Source: an uncultured Chloroflexia bacterium (GTDB lineage Bacteria; Chloroflexota; Limnocylindria; Limnocylindrales; CSP1-4). Taken from it: a stretch of DNA of 64,000 bases. The position numbers and the translations under genes are program-made. The notes beneath the pieces are model-generated. The model was given only the letters and a program-made list of their open reading frames with translations, was not told the origin of the DNA and did not search any database. The DNA lies in the NCBI GenBank assembly GCA_963713975.1, contig OY970218.1, positions 992,001-1,056,000 of the forward strand, in the 5' to 3' direction. This document shows, in pieces, positions 10,225 to 20,740 of this stretch (within the stretch, counting starts at the first letter, position 1; every line of letters begins with the position of its first letter).

Positions 10225-10733
10225 TCGCGAAGGAGACCCTCGCCCGGCTCGGCCGGCGACTGGTGGTCATGGCGGCGACCCTTGCCGTCATTGGCGTCGG
10301 CGCGGGGACAGTCCAGCTGGCCGCCCAGTGGCGTGCCGGGGCCGCGCCACTCGATACCGCTCCCGTGAGCCTGACCTCGGCCAGCGATGACTACGTCGCA
10401 CAGACCGAGCGCGCCGCCGACCTCGCCACCCAGATGGACGGCGTCGCACGGCAGGTCTCGAGCCTCCAGGCTGCGCTCATCGCGGCCAACGGCAGCGTTG
10501 CCGGTGACGCGGAGAGCGCCACGGTCCTCCAGGTGCAGCTTGATGGGGCAGCGGTCAAGCTGACCAGGACCCAGAAGCAGCTCAAGCTCGCACAGGCCCG
10601 CCTCGTTGCGCTCAACCAGGCTGCTGCCCGCCAGGCTGCGCTGAACCGGGCAGCAGCGGCGTCGCGCAGCACCGGCAGCACCACGGCCGCCAGGACTCCC
10701 GAGCCTCGCGAGCACGAGGACGACGATGACTGA
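10221..10733 (+). CDS. Membrane-anchored coiled-coil protein
   Basis: GGAGG RBS; N-terminal hydrophobic helix, Ala/Gln-rich coiled coil, acidic HEDDDD tail. Confidence 0.75.
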   Translation: MIAKETLARLGRRLVVMAATLAVIGVGAGTVQLAAQWRAGAAPLDTAPVSLTSASDDYVAQTERAADLATQMDGVARQVSSLQAALIAANGSVAGDAESATVLQVQLDGAAVKLTRTQKQLKLAQARLVALNQAAARQAALNRAAAASRSTGSTTAARTPEPREHEDDDD

Positions 10734-11292
10734 GCGCGCACTCCCGGCAGCAGGCATCGGCATCGGGGCCAGGCCCCGGCCGGGAGTCGCCCCCAAGACC
10801 AGTCCCGTCGCACGCCCGGCCGCTACCCGTCCTGCCGTCACCCGCAAGGAGGCGCTCCTCGGGACGCCGTCTCGAGCCGGAATGCTGTTCGGAGCCTCGG
10901 CGGCCGTGTACGCCGTGACCCTCGCGGGGATCGCCGGTCTCCAGGGCGAGTCGGACGCTGCGCTTGCCGCAGCTCGTGCCCCTTACCTCAGCGCGGTCGA
11001 GGAGGCGCGGGCTGCCAATGACGCCCTCGAGGCCAGGGTCGTTGAGATCGATGCCAAGGTTCGCGCCATGATCGCCGGCTACGACACGGTGACCGGCGAC
11101 GTGACGGCGTACCAGGCGCGACTCGACTCGTTGGCGGCGCTGGTCGCCGAGGTGGAGGGCAGCGCCGCCGCACTCCCGGCGCGCATCAAGCTGCCCACGG
11201 TGAGCATGGCGGGTGCTGTCGCCGGAAGCTCGAGATCAAGGACGACCACCGCGCCCAAGACGACCGCGAATACCGGTGCCTCCGGCGGCTGA
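10726..11292 (+). CDS. Membrane-anchored coiled-coil protein with C-terminal TGAS flavinylation-like motif
   Basis: TM helix, coiled coil, C-terminus KTTANTGASGG; adjacent to ApbE. Confidence 0.75.
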   Translation: MTERALPAAGIGIGARPRPGVAPKTSPVARPAATRPAVTRKEALLGTPSRAGMLFGASAAVYAVTLAGIAGLQGESDAALAAARAPYLSAVEEARAANDALEARVVEIDAKVRAMIAGYDTVTGDVTAYQARLDSLAALVAEVEGSAAALPARIKLPTVSMAGAVAGSSRSRTTTAPKTTANTGASGG

Positions 11293-12322
11293 GGCGCCGG
11301 CGACGAACCTCGCCGGTGGTCAACACGCCGACGCCGGCCCCGACCGGCTGGTCGCGTTCTCGGCGCGAGCCCTCGGGTCGGCGCTTCGGCTGACGGTCCG
11401 AGTCCCCGAGCCCACGGACGCCGCCTCGCTTGCGGCCGCGGAGCTCGCCTGGGACGAGGTGCGGGCCGAGTTCGAGGCCGTGGATGCCGCGCTCTCGCGG
11501 TTCCGCTCGGACTCGGAGCTGACGCTGCTCAACCGGCAGGCGGGTAGCGGGGCCGTTGTTCGCGTGTCGCGCAGGCTACGTGTCGCCCTGGCCGCGATCG
11601 ATCGGGCAGGCCGGGTCACGGACGGCCGGTTCGACGCCGGCGTCCTGGGGACGCTGGAACGGATCGGCGAGCATGGCGCGGATCTCGACCGGACCGCGGG
11701 CACGCCCCCCGGCGACGCGGGTGGGCCTCGCCTTCGTGGGGCGACTGCGAGCGCAGTGCGAATGTGGCCTGTCCACGTACCGGCCACGCCCGTCGACATG
11801 GGCGGCATCGGCAAGGGGCTGGCGCTGCGCTGGGCTGCGGCGCGGGCCGAAGTGCTCCTTCCTCCCGGCGCGGGCCTGCTGCTCGAGGCTGGGGGCGACA
11901 TCGTGCACGCCGGTCTGCCATCGGCATCCGGGTGGAGTATCGGCGTCGAGGATCCCGTCGCCGACGGTGACGATGCCGCACCGTTGGCCGTGATCGACCT
12001 GCGATCGGGCGCGATCGCGACGTCGTCCGTCCGTGTCCGGACCTGGATCGGCCCAGAGGGACGGCCGGTCCATCACCTGGTGGACCCGCGGACGCGTGAG
12101 GCTGCCCGTACCGGGCTGATCGCGGTCACCGTGGGCGCCGCGGATCCAGCATGGGCAGAGGTCTGGACGAAGGACCTGTTCCTCCTCGGCCGCGGGGCGA
12201 TCGGGGAGCAAGCCCGGGCGCGTGGCCTTGCGGCGTGGTGGATCGATGATCGAGGTCGCCTGGGGATGACGCCGGAGGCGAGGATCCGCACCGCCTGGGC
12301 GAATGAGGTCCGACTGGGCTAG
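11276..12322 (+). CDS. apbE: FAD:protein FMN transferase (ApbE family)
   Basis: LSRFRSDSEL, DMGGIGKG, AGGD, ATS and HHLVDPRT motifs; probable GTG start at 11276. Confidence 0.88.
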   Translation: MPPAAEAPATNLAGGQHADAGPDRLVAFSARALGSALRLTVRVPEPTDAASLAAAELAWDEVRAEFEAVDAALSRFRSDSELTLLNRQAGSGAVVRVSRRLRVALAAIDRAGRVTDGRFDAGVLGTLERIGEHGADLDRTAGTPPGDAGGPRLRGATASAVRMWPVHVPATPVDMGGIGKGLALRWAAARAEVLLPPGAGLLLEAGGDIVHAGLPSASGWSIGVEDPVADGDDAAPLAVIDLRSGAIATSSVRVRTWIGPEGRPVHHLVDPRTREAARTGLIAVTVGAADPAWAEVWTKDLFLLGRGAIGEQARARGLAAWWIDDRGRLGMTPEARIRTAWANEVRLG

Positions 12323-12334
12323 GGTGCCCTCCGG

Positions 12335-13417
12335 TCAGGCGCCCTCGGGACCCGAGCCGGGCGCCGCGCGATCCGGCGGCCCGCCTGTGGCCTCCGCGGC
12401 TGCCGCAGCCGCCGTGGCCGCGATGGCCTCGGCACGCAGCTGGGACGGCGGCGTCTCGCCGAGGGCCACGGCCAACTCGTCCAGCGTCGGGTAGCCCTCG
12501 CGCGCACCCGCGTGCGTCACGGACACGCTGGCTGCGACCACCGCCCGCCGGGCGGCCGTCTCCAGGCTCAGCCCGCCGGCGAGCGCGGCCGCGAGCGCGC
12601 CGTTGAGCGCATCCCCGGCACCCGTAGCGTCGATCGCCTTGACCCTGGGGGCCTTGATGTCGATCGCCGCACCCTGGCGTCGGACCAGTACGGCGCCAGC
12701 GGCGCCAAGTGACACCAGAATCGCCTCGCCGGCCCCCGGTCCCTCGCTGCTGGCCTCGAGCAGGGTCCGGGCGGCCTTCACCGGCTCGTCGGCCCCGATC
12801 GGCTCGCGGCCGGATCGCCGCGCGTCGTCGGCAACGAGGCGGGCAAGCTCTCCCCGGTTGGGTACAACGACGTCGGCCAGCGAGATCACCGACCTATCCA
12901 GGCCGCCCGCGGGGGCGGGATTGAAGATGGTCCAGGCGCCGCCAAGGCGGCCGATCCTGAGGGCCTCTCGCGCGGCGTCGGTGGAGATCTCGTGCGTCAC
13001 GAGAACGGCGTCGCCCGTGTGCGGGTTGAGACGCGTGAGTGCCTGGCGCACATGGGCGGCCGTCAGGCCGGCGTTGGCTCCGGGCGCGACCGCGATCTGG
13101 TTCTCGGCCTTGGCGTCGACCAGGATGAGGGCCACCCCGGTTGCCGTGTGCTCCAGGGTCACCAGCACGTCGGTGCCGATCCCTTCGCGGGCGAGCGCGG
13201 CGCGTGCCTCGGCGGCGAACTCGTCGTCGCCCAGGGCGGCGACGAGCATCACGGGCACACCCAGGCGCGCGGCAGCCACGGCCTGATTGCCACCCTTGCC
13301 ACCGTGGAAGCGCGTGAACGTGCCGCCGAGCACCGTCTCGCCGGGCAGCGGCAACCGGTCCGTCTGCACCACGAGATCGACGTTGACCGATCCCACGACC
13401 AGGACTCGACCGCTCAT
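12335..13417 (-). CDS. rbsK: Ribokinase / PfkB carbohydrate kinase
   Basis: GSVNVD, GGKGGNQA, DATGAGD. Confidence 0.85.
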   Translation of the reverse strand: MSGRVLVVGSVNVDLVVQTDRLPLPGETVLGGTFTRFHGGKGGNQAVAAARLGVPVMLVAALGDDEFAAEARAALAREGIGTDVLVTLEHTATGVALILVDAKAENQIAVAPGANAGLTAAHVRQALTRLNPHTGDAVLVTHEISTDAAREALRIGRLGGAWTIFNPAPAGGLDRSVISLADVVVPNRGELARLVADDARRSGREPIGADEPVKAARTLLEASSEGPGAGEAILVSLGAAGAVLVRRQGAAIDIKAPRVKAIDATGAGDALNGALAAALAGGLSLETAARRAVVAASVSVTHAGAREGYPTLDELAVALGETPPSQLRAEAIAATAAAAAAEATGGPPDRAAPGSGPEGA

Positions 13418-13444
13418 CGCAGGTATGCCCCTTCCCCTGTCCGG

Positions 13445-14266
13445 CTAGGAGCCGGTCACGTACTCGCCGCCATCGACACCGATGACCTCGCCGTTGATGA
13501 ACCCGGTGCCCTCACCGGACAGCGCGAGGATCGTGCTGGCCACGTCCTGGGGCGTCGTCATCCGGCCGGTGGGGTTGCGCCGCGTGGCGGCCTCGATGAT
13601 CGCGTCGTGCTCCGGGATCTTCATGAGTGCCGGTGTCATCGTGACGCCGGCCCGGATCGTGTTGGCGGTGATGCCGGTCCCCAGCCGGGCGAGCTCCATC
13701 GCGAGCTGCCGGGTGTGGGATTCGAGGGCCGCCTTTGCCGATGACACGACGCCGTAGCTGGGCACGACGCGGGTCGAGCCCTCGGATGTCATCGCGAAGA
13801 TCCTGGACCCGTCGCCCAGGAAGCCGCCCCGCCACAGGTCCTGCACCCAGTAGACGAGGCTGTTGGCCATGACGTCCTGGGTCATCTCCATCTTCTTGCG
13901 GTCGACGCCGGCCTTCGGGTCCTCGGTCAGGAAGGGCACCAGCGAGCCGAACGCGAGCGAGTGCATCACCACCCGCACATAGGGCGCCCGGCCATCGGCG
14001 CGCGAGCGGTCAAAGCGCTCGCGGAGCGTGGCCAGGGCGGCGGCCCGCTTGTCGTCGTCGGCGGCGTTCATGTTGATGTACAGCGCCTCGGAGCCGAGCG
14101 CGACGATCTTGGCCTTGACCTCCTCGACATGCGCGAGCGCCGCACGAAAGTCCAGGTGGACACCCGCGATCCGGTACCCGTGCGCGGCGAGCGTGAGCGC
14201 AGTGGCCTCGCCCATCCCGGAGGATGCCCCGAGGATCAGTGCCCAGCGCTCGCGGTCGTCGGTCAT
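13445..14266 (-). CDS. SDR oxidoreductase, enoyl-ACP reductase (FabL/FabI-like)
   Basis: GASSGMG Rossmann motif; YGVVSSAK (Yx6K) catalytic motif. Confidence 0.8.
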   Translation of the reverse strand: MTDDRERWALILGASSGMGEATALTLAAHGYRIAGVHLDFRAALAHVEEVKAKIVALGSEALYINMNAADDDKRAAALATLRERFDRSRADGRAPYVRVVMHSLAFGSLVPFLTEDPKAGVDRKKMEMTQDVMANSLVYWVQDLWRGGFLGDGSRIFAMTSEGSTRVVPSYGVVSSAKAALESHTRQLAMELARLGTGITANTIRAGVTMTPALMKIPEHDAIIEAATRRNPTGRMTTPQDVASTILALSGEGTGFINGEVIGVDGGEYVTGS

Positions 14267-14538
14267 GGTGCTCCTCCGGGGACGTGACGGGAACGGCCGC
14301 GGCGGGATGCACCGCAGGCTACGGGGAGTCTACAGCGCGCCGTGGCGGCACTCGGGTCCCGCTACAATTCGGCGGTCGCCCGATCCGTCGAACGGCGTCC
14401 GTTGAGCGGTCGGGAACCGCCCCGGCACGGCTCCAGCCGGCCGGCTCCCGCTCCTCGTGATCTCGCAATCCGGGACTTGCCGCGACCCGATCCCCTGGAG
14501 CCCGGCGCATTGGCCCGATGCCGACCCAGGAGCCCCTC

Positions 14539-15927
14539 GTGAACATCCCCGATCTCGGAGCCATCGACCCAACCGTCCTGCTGCTCGTCGTTCCGCTGGT
14601 GGTGATCCAGGTGGGCCTGATGATCGCGGCCGTCGTCGACCTGCTGCGGGACGACCGTCGCGTGCGCGGCGGGAACAAGGGCGTCTGGGCCCTGATCATC
14701 GTGTTCGTCAACCTCGTTGGCCCGGTGCTGTACTTCCTGGTGGGCCGGGACGACGGTTCTGCGGAGACCCGGGCGCCGGGTGAGGGTGCGGTGCCCGGCT
14801 GGGGCAGCCCCCACGATCCGCCGATCGTGGTCGGGCCGAGGGCCGGGGAACCGGCGCCGGCTGGACCCGCCGACGTGGCGTCGTCCGCCTCGACACGGCT
14901 CACGCAACGAGGCGCCCTCCCGGCTGCCGAGTCCGCTCCACCTCCTGCGTCCGCCCGGGCTCCCCTGCCCGATGCGCCTGCGGCCATCCGCGTCGAGGGA
15001 CTCACGAAGCGCTACGCCGGCGGGGTCCTGGCGCTCGACGCGCTGTCGATGGTCGTCCCCGCCGGATCCGTGTTCGGCCTGCTGGGACCCAACGGTGCCG
15101 GCAAGACGACCTGCCTCCGCCTGCTTGCCGGACTGACCCGGCCGACGGGGGGTCGTGCCGTCGTGAGCGGCGCGGTCGCGGAAGCCGACGCGCTTACGGT
15201 CAGGCGGGGGCTCGGCTACCTCGAGCAGGATCCTCGGGCCTATCGATGGATGTCCGGCCGGGAGCAGCTCCGTCTGCTCGGGCGTCTGCATGGCCTGGAG
15301 GGGCCGGCGCTGGATAGCGCGATCGACGACGCCCTTGCCAGGGTGGACCTCGCGGACGCCGCGGACCGGCGGACATCCACCTACTCGGGCGGCATGCGCC
15401 AGCGCCTCGGGATCGCCGGGGCCCTGGTCCACCGCCCACCCGTGGTCGTCCTGGACGAGCCGGTCAGCGCTCTGGATCCCGCCGGGCGGAGGGACGTCCT
15501 CGGCCTGATCGCCGCCCTGCGAGGCGAGACCACCGTCCTGTTCTCGACCCACGTGCTGGCCGACGTGGAGCGTATCTGCGATCGCGTCGGGATCCTGGAC
15601 CACGGGCGGCTCATCGTCGAAGGACCGCTCGACCAGCTGCTGGACCAGTACGCGCTGCCCGTGTGGCGGATCGAGGCTGAGCCCGGGCAGGACGACTCGC
15701 TCGCCGCGCTGGCCGACCGGCTGCGCGAGCTCGATTGGGTTACAGCCGCGGGCGTGGACCACGGGCTGCTGACCGTGGCCGTCGCCGATCCGGTCGTGGC
15801 CTCGCGCGAGCTGCTCCAGCTCGTCGGGGAGCAGGACCTGGCCGTCGTCTCGGTGGCCAGGGCGCGCCCCACGCTCGAGGACGTCTTCCTCCGGCTCACC
15901 GGCGACACCCAGGAGGCCGCGGCGTGA
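14539..15927 (+). CDS. PLDc_N domain fused to ABC ATP-binding protein
   Basis: N-terminal KGVWALIIVFVNLVGPVLYF; Pro/Ala linker; GPNGAGKTT, YSGGM, LDEP; start at 14518 or 14539. Confidence 0.85.
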   Translation: MNIPDLGAIDPTVLLLVVPLVVIQVGLMIAAVVDLLRDDRRVRGGNKGVWALIIVFVNLVGPVLYFLVGRDDGSAETRAPGEGAVPGWGSPHDPPIVVGPRAGEPAPAGPADVASSASTRLTQRGALPAAESAPPPASARAPLPDAPAAIRVEGLTKRYAGGVLALDALSMVVPAGSVFGLLGPNGAGKTTCLRLLAGLTRPTGGRAVVSGAVAEADALTVRRGLGYLEQDPRAYRWMSGREQLRLLGRLHGLEGPALDSAIDDALARVDLADAADRRTSTYSGGMRQRLGIAGALVHRPPVVVLDEPVSALDPAGRRDVLGLIAALRGETTVLFSTHVLADVERICDRVGILDHGRLIVEGPLDQLLDQYALPVWRIEAEPGQDDSLAALADRLRELDWVTAAGVDHGLLTVAVADPVVASRELLQLVGEQDLAVVSVARARPTLEDVFLRLTGDTQEAAA

Positions 15928-16694
15928 GCGGGTTCGGGGTCCTGCTGCGCAAGGAGCTGGTGGAGTCGTGGCGGACGCGGCGCCTGCCGGTCGTCGCGGT
16001 GCTGTTCCTGGTCGTGGGGATCCTCTCGCCGCTGACCGCCCGGTATCTCAACGAGATCCTCGCGGCGGCGCTTGGTGACCAGATCCCGATGGTCCTGCCC
16101 GATCCCACGGCGACGATGGCCCTGGAGCAGCTCCAGAAGAACCTCGGGCAGTTCGGCGCGTTGGCCGCGATCGCGCTGGCGATGGGCAGCGTGTCCGGAG
16201 AGCTTGACCGCGGCACGGCGGCGATGGTGCTGGCCCAGCCCGTGGGGCGACCCGCCTTCCTGGCTTCGAAGCTCCTGGCGATCGCCGTGGTCCTCGGGAT
16301 CGCGACGCTGCTGGCCTGCTTGGTGGCGTGGGTCTACACGGCCATCCTGTTCGAGCCGCTCCCGATCGGCGGCTGGCTGGCGATGGCCGCGCTCTCGTGG
16401 CTGGGGCTGGTCGCCTGGACATCGGTGACGTTCCTCGCCTCGACGGCGACGGGCTCCACGATGGCCGCCGCCGGCATCGGATTCACCGCCATCATCGTCT
16501 TCGGGCTGCTAGCCGTCGCACCCGCAGTGGACAGGTTCCTGCCCAGCGGCCTGACCGTCCCGGCGATCGGACTGGCGGCCGGCAGCGCGGCCGTGGACGG
16601 TGCACGTCTCGCGACGGCCGTCATCGGCTCCGTGTTCATGGTGGGGGGCGCACTGGTGGCGGCCGTCGCGGCCTTCCGGCGCCGGGAGCTGTAG
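15924..16694 (+). CDS. ABC-2 type permease
   Basis: LLRKEL N-terminus, ELDRGTAAMVLAQPV, about 6 TM helices. Confidence 0.87.
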   Translation: MSGFGVLLRKELVESWRTRRLPVVAVLFLVVGILSPLTARYLNEILAAALGDQIPMVLPDPTATMALEQLQKNLGQFGALAAIALAMGSVSGELDRGTAAMVLAQPVGRPAFLASKLLAIAVVLGIATLLACLVAWVYTAILFEPLPIGGWLAMAALSWLGLVAWTSVTFLASTATGSTMAAAGIGFTAIIVFGLLAVAPAVDRFLPSGLTVPAIGLAAGSAAVDGARLATAVIGSVFMVGGALVAAVAAFRRREL

Positions 16695-16832
16695 CGGTCC
16701 CGTCGGGACCCCAAGGGACGATCCTCCCGGTTCCGGCGGGTCGTCGATGACGGGTTGGGGCAGAGCAGGCCACAATGCAGGTCCTCACACCACGCGATCG
16801 GCGCCCGTCGAGGCGCACTGCCCGGGAGTCCC

Positions 16833-19800
16833 ATGACCTCGTCCGCGTCCCCGCAGCCGAGAGCCGCGACGGAGTGGGATCTTGCCCGGGACCGGCCCGA
16901 CGCGTACATCCCGCGCGATCGCCGCTGGGCCCTGCACGCCGGGCGCACCATCCCGGACCGCGTCACGGGCTCGGCGCTGTTCGCGGACATCAGCGGGTTC
17001 ACGCCCCTCACCGAGGCGCTCGCAAAGGAGCTCGGCCCACAGCGAGGTGCGGAGGAGCTCACGGCCAGCATCGGTCGCGTGTTCCACGCCGTCATCAGCG
17101 CGCTCGACGCCTATGACGGCAACGTCATCTACTTCGCCGGTGACGCGATCACCTGCTGGATCGACGGCGACGACGGCACCCGGGCATGTGCGGCGGCCGC
17201 CGGCATGCAGGAGGCAATCGGACGGACGGGCCTGATCGTGACGCCGGGCGGGAGCGAGGTCCAGCTCGCGATGAAGGTCGCGATCGCGGTGGGCGCCGCA
17301 CGCCGGTTCGTGGTTGGCGACCCCGACCTCCAGCTGATCGACGTCCTGGCCGGGCGACTGATGGACGACCTGGCCGAGGCTGAGCACCACGCCCGGAAGG
17401 GTGAGGTTGTGCTCGATCCTTCTGCGGTCGCGGCCCTCGGTGACCGTGCGGTGCTGGGCGACCTCCGGACCGACGAGGACACGGGCCGGACCTGCGCGGT
17501 CCTTCGGGGGCTGGTCATCGATGTGGAGCCGGAGCCGGGTCACCAGCCAGCTCCACTCCCCGATGACCTCGTGCGGCCGTGGCTGCTGCCCGCCGTCTAC
17601 GAGCGCATCCGCACGGGCCGCGGGGAGTTCCTCGCCGAGCTGCGCCCTGCGATCCCGATCTTCCTGCGCTTCGGCGGGATCGACTACGACAATGACGATG
17701 ATGCGATCCACAAGCTGGACGAGTTCGTGCGCGCAGCCCAGCGGGTCCTCAACGGGTTTGGCGGCAACGTCCTGCAGCTGACCCTGGGCGACAAGGGCGC
17801 ATACCTGTACGGCGTGTTCGGGTCACCGCTCGCCCACGAGGATGATGCCGCGCGCGCGGCCGCCGCGGCCCTCGACCTCCGGGACCTGGAGCGCACGACG
17901 GCCGCGCGCGGCATCCAGATCGGGCTGACCCAGGGCCGACTGCGCAGTGGCACCTATGGCCACGAGATGCGCCGGACCTTCGTGTGTCTCGGCGACGCGG
18001 TGAACCTCTCCGCGCGCCTGATGTCGGCCGCGCCGCCCGGACAGATCTTCGTGGCCCGGCCCGTGCGCGAGGCTGCCGGCGACGCCTTCATCTGGGAACG
18101 GCTGCCCGACCTCACGGTCAAGGGCAAGGCCGACCCCATCGAGGCCTGGTCGCTCACGGGCTCGCTGGAGCGGGCGTCGCGCCGCAGGACCCGGTTCGAA
18201 CTGGGCCTGGTCGGCCGCCGGCGCGAGCTCGCCGTGCTGGGCGATGGCCTGGCCATGGCCTCGAGCGGCCACGGCCGCGCCATCGGCATCGCCGCCGAGG
18301 CCGGTATGGGCAAGTCACGGCTCGTGGCGGAGTTCGTGCGGAACGTGCGGCGGAGCGGCATGACCGTGGCGTTCGGCGAGTGCCAGTCCTACGGGACGAG
18401 GACGCCGTACTTCGTCTGGCGCGAGATCTGGCGCCGCCTGTTCGGGCTGGACGACGATGATCCGCGCGAGCGCCAGGTCGCGGCGCTCGAGCGCCGGCTC
18501 CGGGCGATCGATCCCGCGCTGGTGTCCCGTGCCCCACTCCTGGGCGAGGTCGTGGGCCTGGTGATCCCGGACAGTGACCTCACCCGGAGCTTCGATGCCA
18601 AGCTCCGCAAGACGTCCCTCGAGGATCTGCTCGCCACGTGCCTGCGCGCAAGGGCCGCCGAGGCTCCCTTCGTCGCCGTCCTCGAGGACTGTCATTGGAT
18701 CGACGAGCTCTCGCGCGACCTGCTCGGCACGCTGGCCCGCGCCGCCGTCGCGCTGCCGGTCCTGTTCGTCCTCGCCTACCGGCCGGAGGCCGAGCCGGGC
18801 GGGGGCCTGGGGATCGCACGCGTCGCCGGGTTCAGCGAGCTCGAGCTGGACCAGATGGAGCCGGCCGAGGTCGCCCAGCTGGTCCGTTCCAAGATGGAGC
18901 AGCTCCAGGGTGAGGATGTCGAGGTTTCCGACGCGCTCATCGAGCTGGTCGCGGCACGCTCCGAAGGCAACCCGTTCTACGTGGAGGAGCTCCTCAACTT
19001 CATCGTCGCCCAGGGTATCGACGCCGCCGACGGTTCCGCGGTGGACGCCGTGCACCTTCCGGAGAGCCTCCACATGCTCGTGCTCAGCCGGATCGACGCC
19101 GCGTCAGAGGGTCCGCGACGGACGCTGAAGGTGGCGAGCGTCGTCGGCCGCGTCTTTCCCGCCCCGATGCTCCCGGGCACGTACGAGGAGCTCGGGACGC
19201 TCGACGCCGTCCTCGGCCACCTCGACTCGCTGCGGACGCTGGACCTGGTCGCCCTGGACCGCGAGGAGGACCAGGCCTGGATGTTCAAGCACGTGGTGAC
19301 CCAGGAGGTCGCCTACGAGAGCCTCCCGTTCGCCATCCGGGCCGAGCTCCACGGGCGGGCGGCCGGCCACATCGAACGGACCGAGCCTGACCTCGAGCGC
19401 GTGGTGCCACTGCTCGAGCACCACTACTACCGGAGCGACCTGGAGGACAAGAAGCGCGAGTACCTGTGGAAGGCTGCCGAGGCGGCGCAGGCCTCGTACG
19501 CGAACAAGGCCGCCGTCGCCTACTTCGAGCGCCTGGTCCCGTTGCTCGAGGACGAGGAGTGCATGCGGGCCAGGCTGGCCCTCGGCAGGGCCTACGAGCT
19601 CACCGGCGACTGGGCGCGGGCGGCCGAGCTCGACGAGGCCGCCCTGGAGCTCGCACAGGCGATCGGGAACCGGCGGGGGGAGGCCGATGCGCTCGCGGCC
19701 CTCGCGGAGGTCGCCCGCAAGCAGGGACGCTACGACGAGGCGTCCGAGCGGATCGACAGGGCACGCGTGCTCTTCACGGAGCTGGACGACGAGCTCGGGA

Positions 19801-20564
19801 TCGGGGTGGTCGTCCACCTGTCGGGGACCATCGCCGCCCAGCGCGGAGACTACGAGGAGGCACGGGCCCGGTACCTCGAGAGCTACGCGATCCGGGAGCG
19901 GCACGGTGACCGCGACCAGCTCGGACGGCTGCTGTCCAACCTCGCAATCGTGGCCGAGTACTCCTCGGACTTCGTCGAGTCCCGGCGCCTCAACGAGGAG
20001 GCGCTGGCGGTCCGGACGTCGCTCGGGGACCAGTGGGCCATCGCCCTGTCGCTCAACAACCTGGCCGTGATCGACCTCTACGAGCGGAAGTACGCGGAGG
20101 CTGCGGAGCGCTACGAGGCATCCGTGCGGCTGGCCCGCGAGGTCGGCGACCCGTGGCTGCTGTCGCTCGCCTACTTCAACCTCGGCAAGGCTCGCCGGGG
20201 CCTGGGCGACACCGAGCGGGCCTGCCGGATCTTCGCCGAGTCGATCGACTCGTTTCAGCGCCTCGACGACCCGTACGACCTGGCGGAGGTCATCGAGGAT
20301 GTGGCCGTGATCGCCGCCGACACCGAGCCGGCGCTGGGCCTCGAGCTGCTGGGCGGCGCGGACCGTCTCCGCGCGGACATCGGAGCCGCCCGACCGAGCG
20401 CGCGGGCGGCGGAGCTTGACGAGGCGCTCACGCCGGCACGCGCGGTGCTGGGCGAGGCCGGTGCGGCCGACACCATCGAGCGCGGCCGTCAACAGGAGCC
20501 GGGGCACGCGATCGAGATCGCGCTGGCAGTCTGCGCGGGGCGCGGAGGCACCACTTCCGCATAG
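16833..20564 (+). CDS. Class III adenylate/guanylate cyclase (two domains) with STAND NTPase and TPRs
   Basis: FADISGFT...FAGDA, GDKG, GDAVNLSARL; P-loop AEAGMGKS; EDCHW; GNPFY; C-terminal TPRs. Confidence 0.9.
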   Translation: MTSSASPQPRAATEWDLARDRPDAYIPRDRRWALHAGRTIPDRVTGSALFADISGFTPLTEALAKELGPQRGAEELTASIGRVFHAVISALDAYDGNVIYFAGDAITCWIDGDDGTRACAAAAGMQEAIGRTGLIVTPGGSEVQLAMKVAIAVGAARRFVVGDPDLQLIDVLAGRLMDDLAEAEHHARKGEVVLDPSAVAALGDRAVLGDLRTDEDTGRTCAVLRGLVIDVEPEPGHQPAPLPDDLVRPWLLPAVYERIRTGRGEFLAELRPAIPIFLRFGGIDYDNDDDAIHKLDEFVRAAQRVLNGFGGNVLQLTLGDKGAYLYGVFGSPLAHEDDAARAAAAALDLRDLERTTAARGIQIGLTQGRLRSGTYGHEMRRTFVCLGDAVNLSARLMSAAPPGQIFVARPVREAAGDAFIWERLPDLTVKGKADPIEAWSLTGSLERASRRRTRFELGLVGRRRELAVLGDGLAMASSGHGRAIGIAAEAGMGKSRLVAEFVRNVRRSGMTVAFGECQSYGTRTPYFVWREIWRRLFGLDDDDPRERQVAALERRLRAIDPALVSRAPLLGEVVGLVIPDSDLTRSFDAKLRKTSLEDLLATCLRARAAEAPFVAVLEDCHWIDELSRDLLGTLARAAVALPVLFVLAYRPEAEPGGGLGIARVAGFSELELDQMEPAEVAQLVRSKMEQLQGEDVEVSDALIELVAARSEGNPFYVEELLNFIVAQGIDAADGSAVDAVHLPESLHMLVLSRIDAASEGPRRTLKVASVVGRVFPAPMLPGTYEELGTLDAVLGHLDSLRTLDLVALDREEDQAWMFKHVVTQEVAYESLPFAIRAELHGRAAGHIERTEPDLERVVPLLEHHYYRSDLEDKKREYLWKAAEAAQASYANKAAVAYFERLVPLLEDEECMRARLALGRAYELTGDWARAAELDEAALELAQAIGNRRGEADALAALAEVARKQGRYDEASERIDRARVLFTELDDELGIGVVVHLSGTIAAQRGDYEEARARYLESYAIRERHGDRDQLGRLLSNLAIVAEYSSDFVESRRLNEEALAVRTSLGDQWAIALSLNNLAVIDLYERKYAEAAERYEASVRLAREVGDPWLLSLAYFNLGKARRGLGDTERACRIFAESIDSFQRLDDPYDLAEVIEDVAVIAADTEPALGLELLGGADRLRADIGAARPSARAAELDEALTPARAVLGEAGAADTIERGRQQEPGHAIEIALAVCAGRGGTTSA

Positions 20565-20740
20565 ACAGGGCTCCGGCTGCCCGCAGGCGCGCGGCCTTCG
20601 CAGTGTGTCGTGGGTGCCATAGGTACTATCCAAACCCTGCCAGAGGTCACATACTGCCGTGATCGCGGCCCCGGGTCGGGGTCGCCACCGGTCGCATGCC
20701 CACAGTGCCGGGCAGGCGTGCCAGCCAGCCAGGAGCCGAG

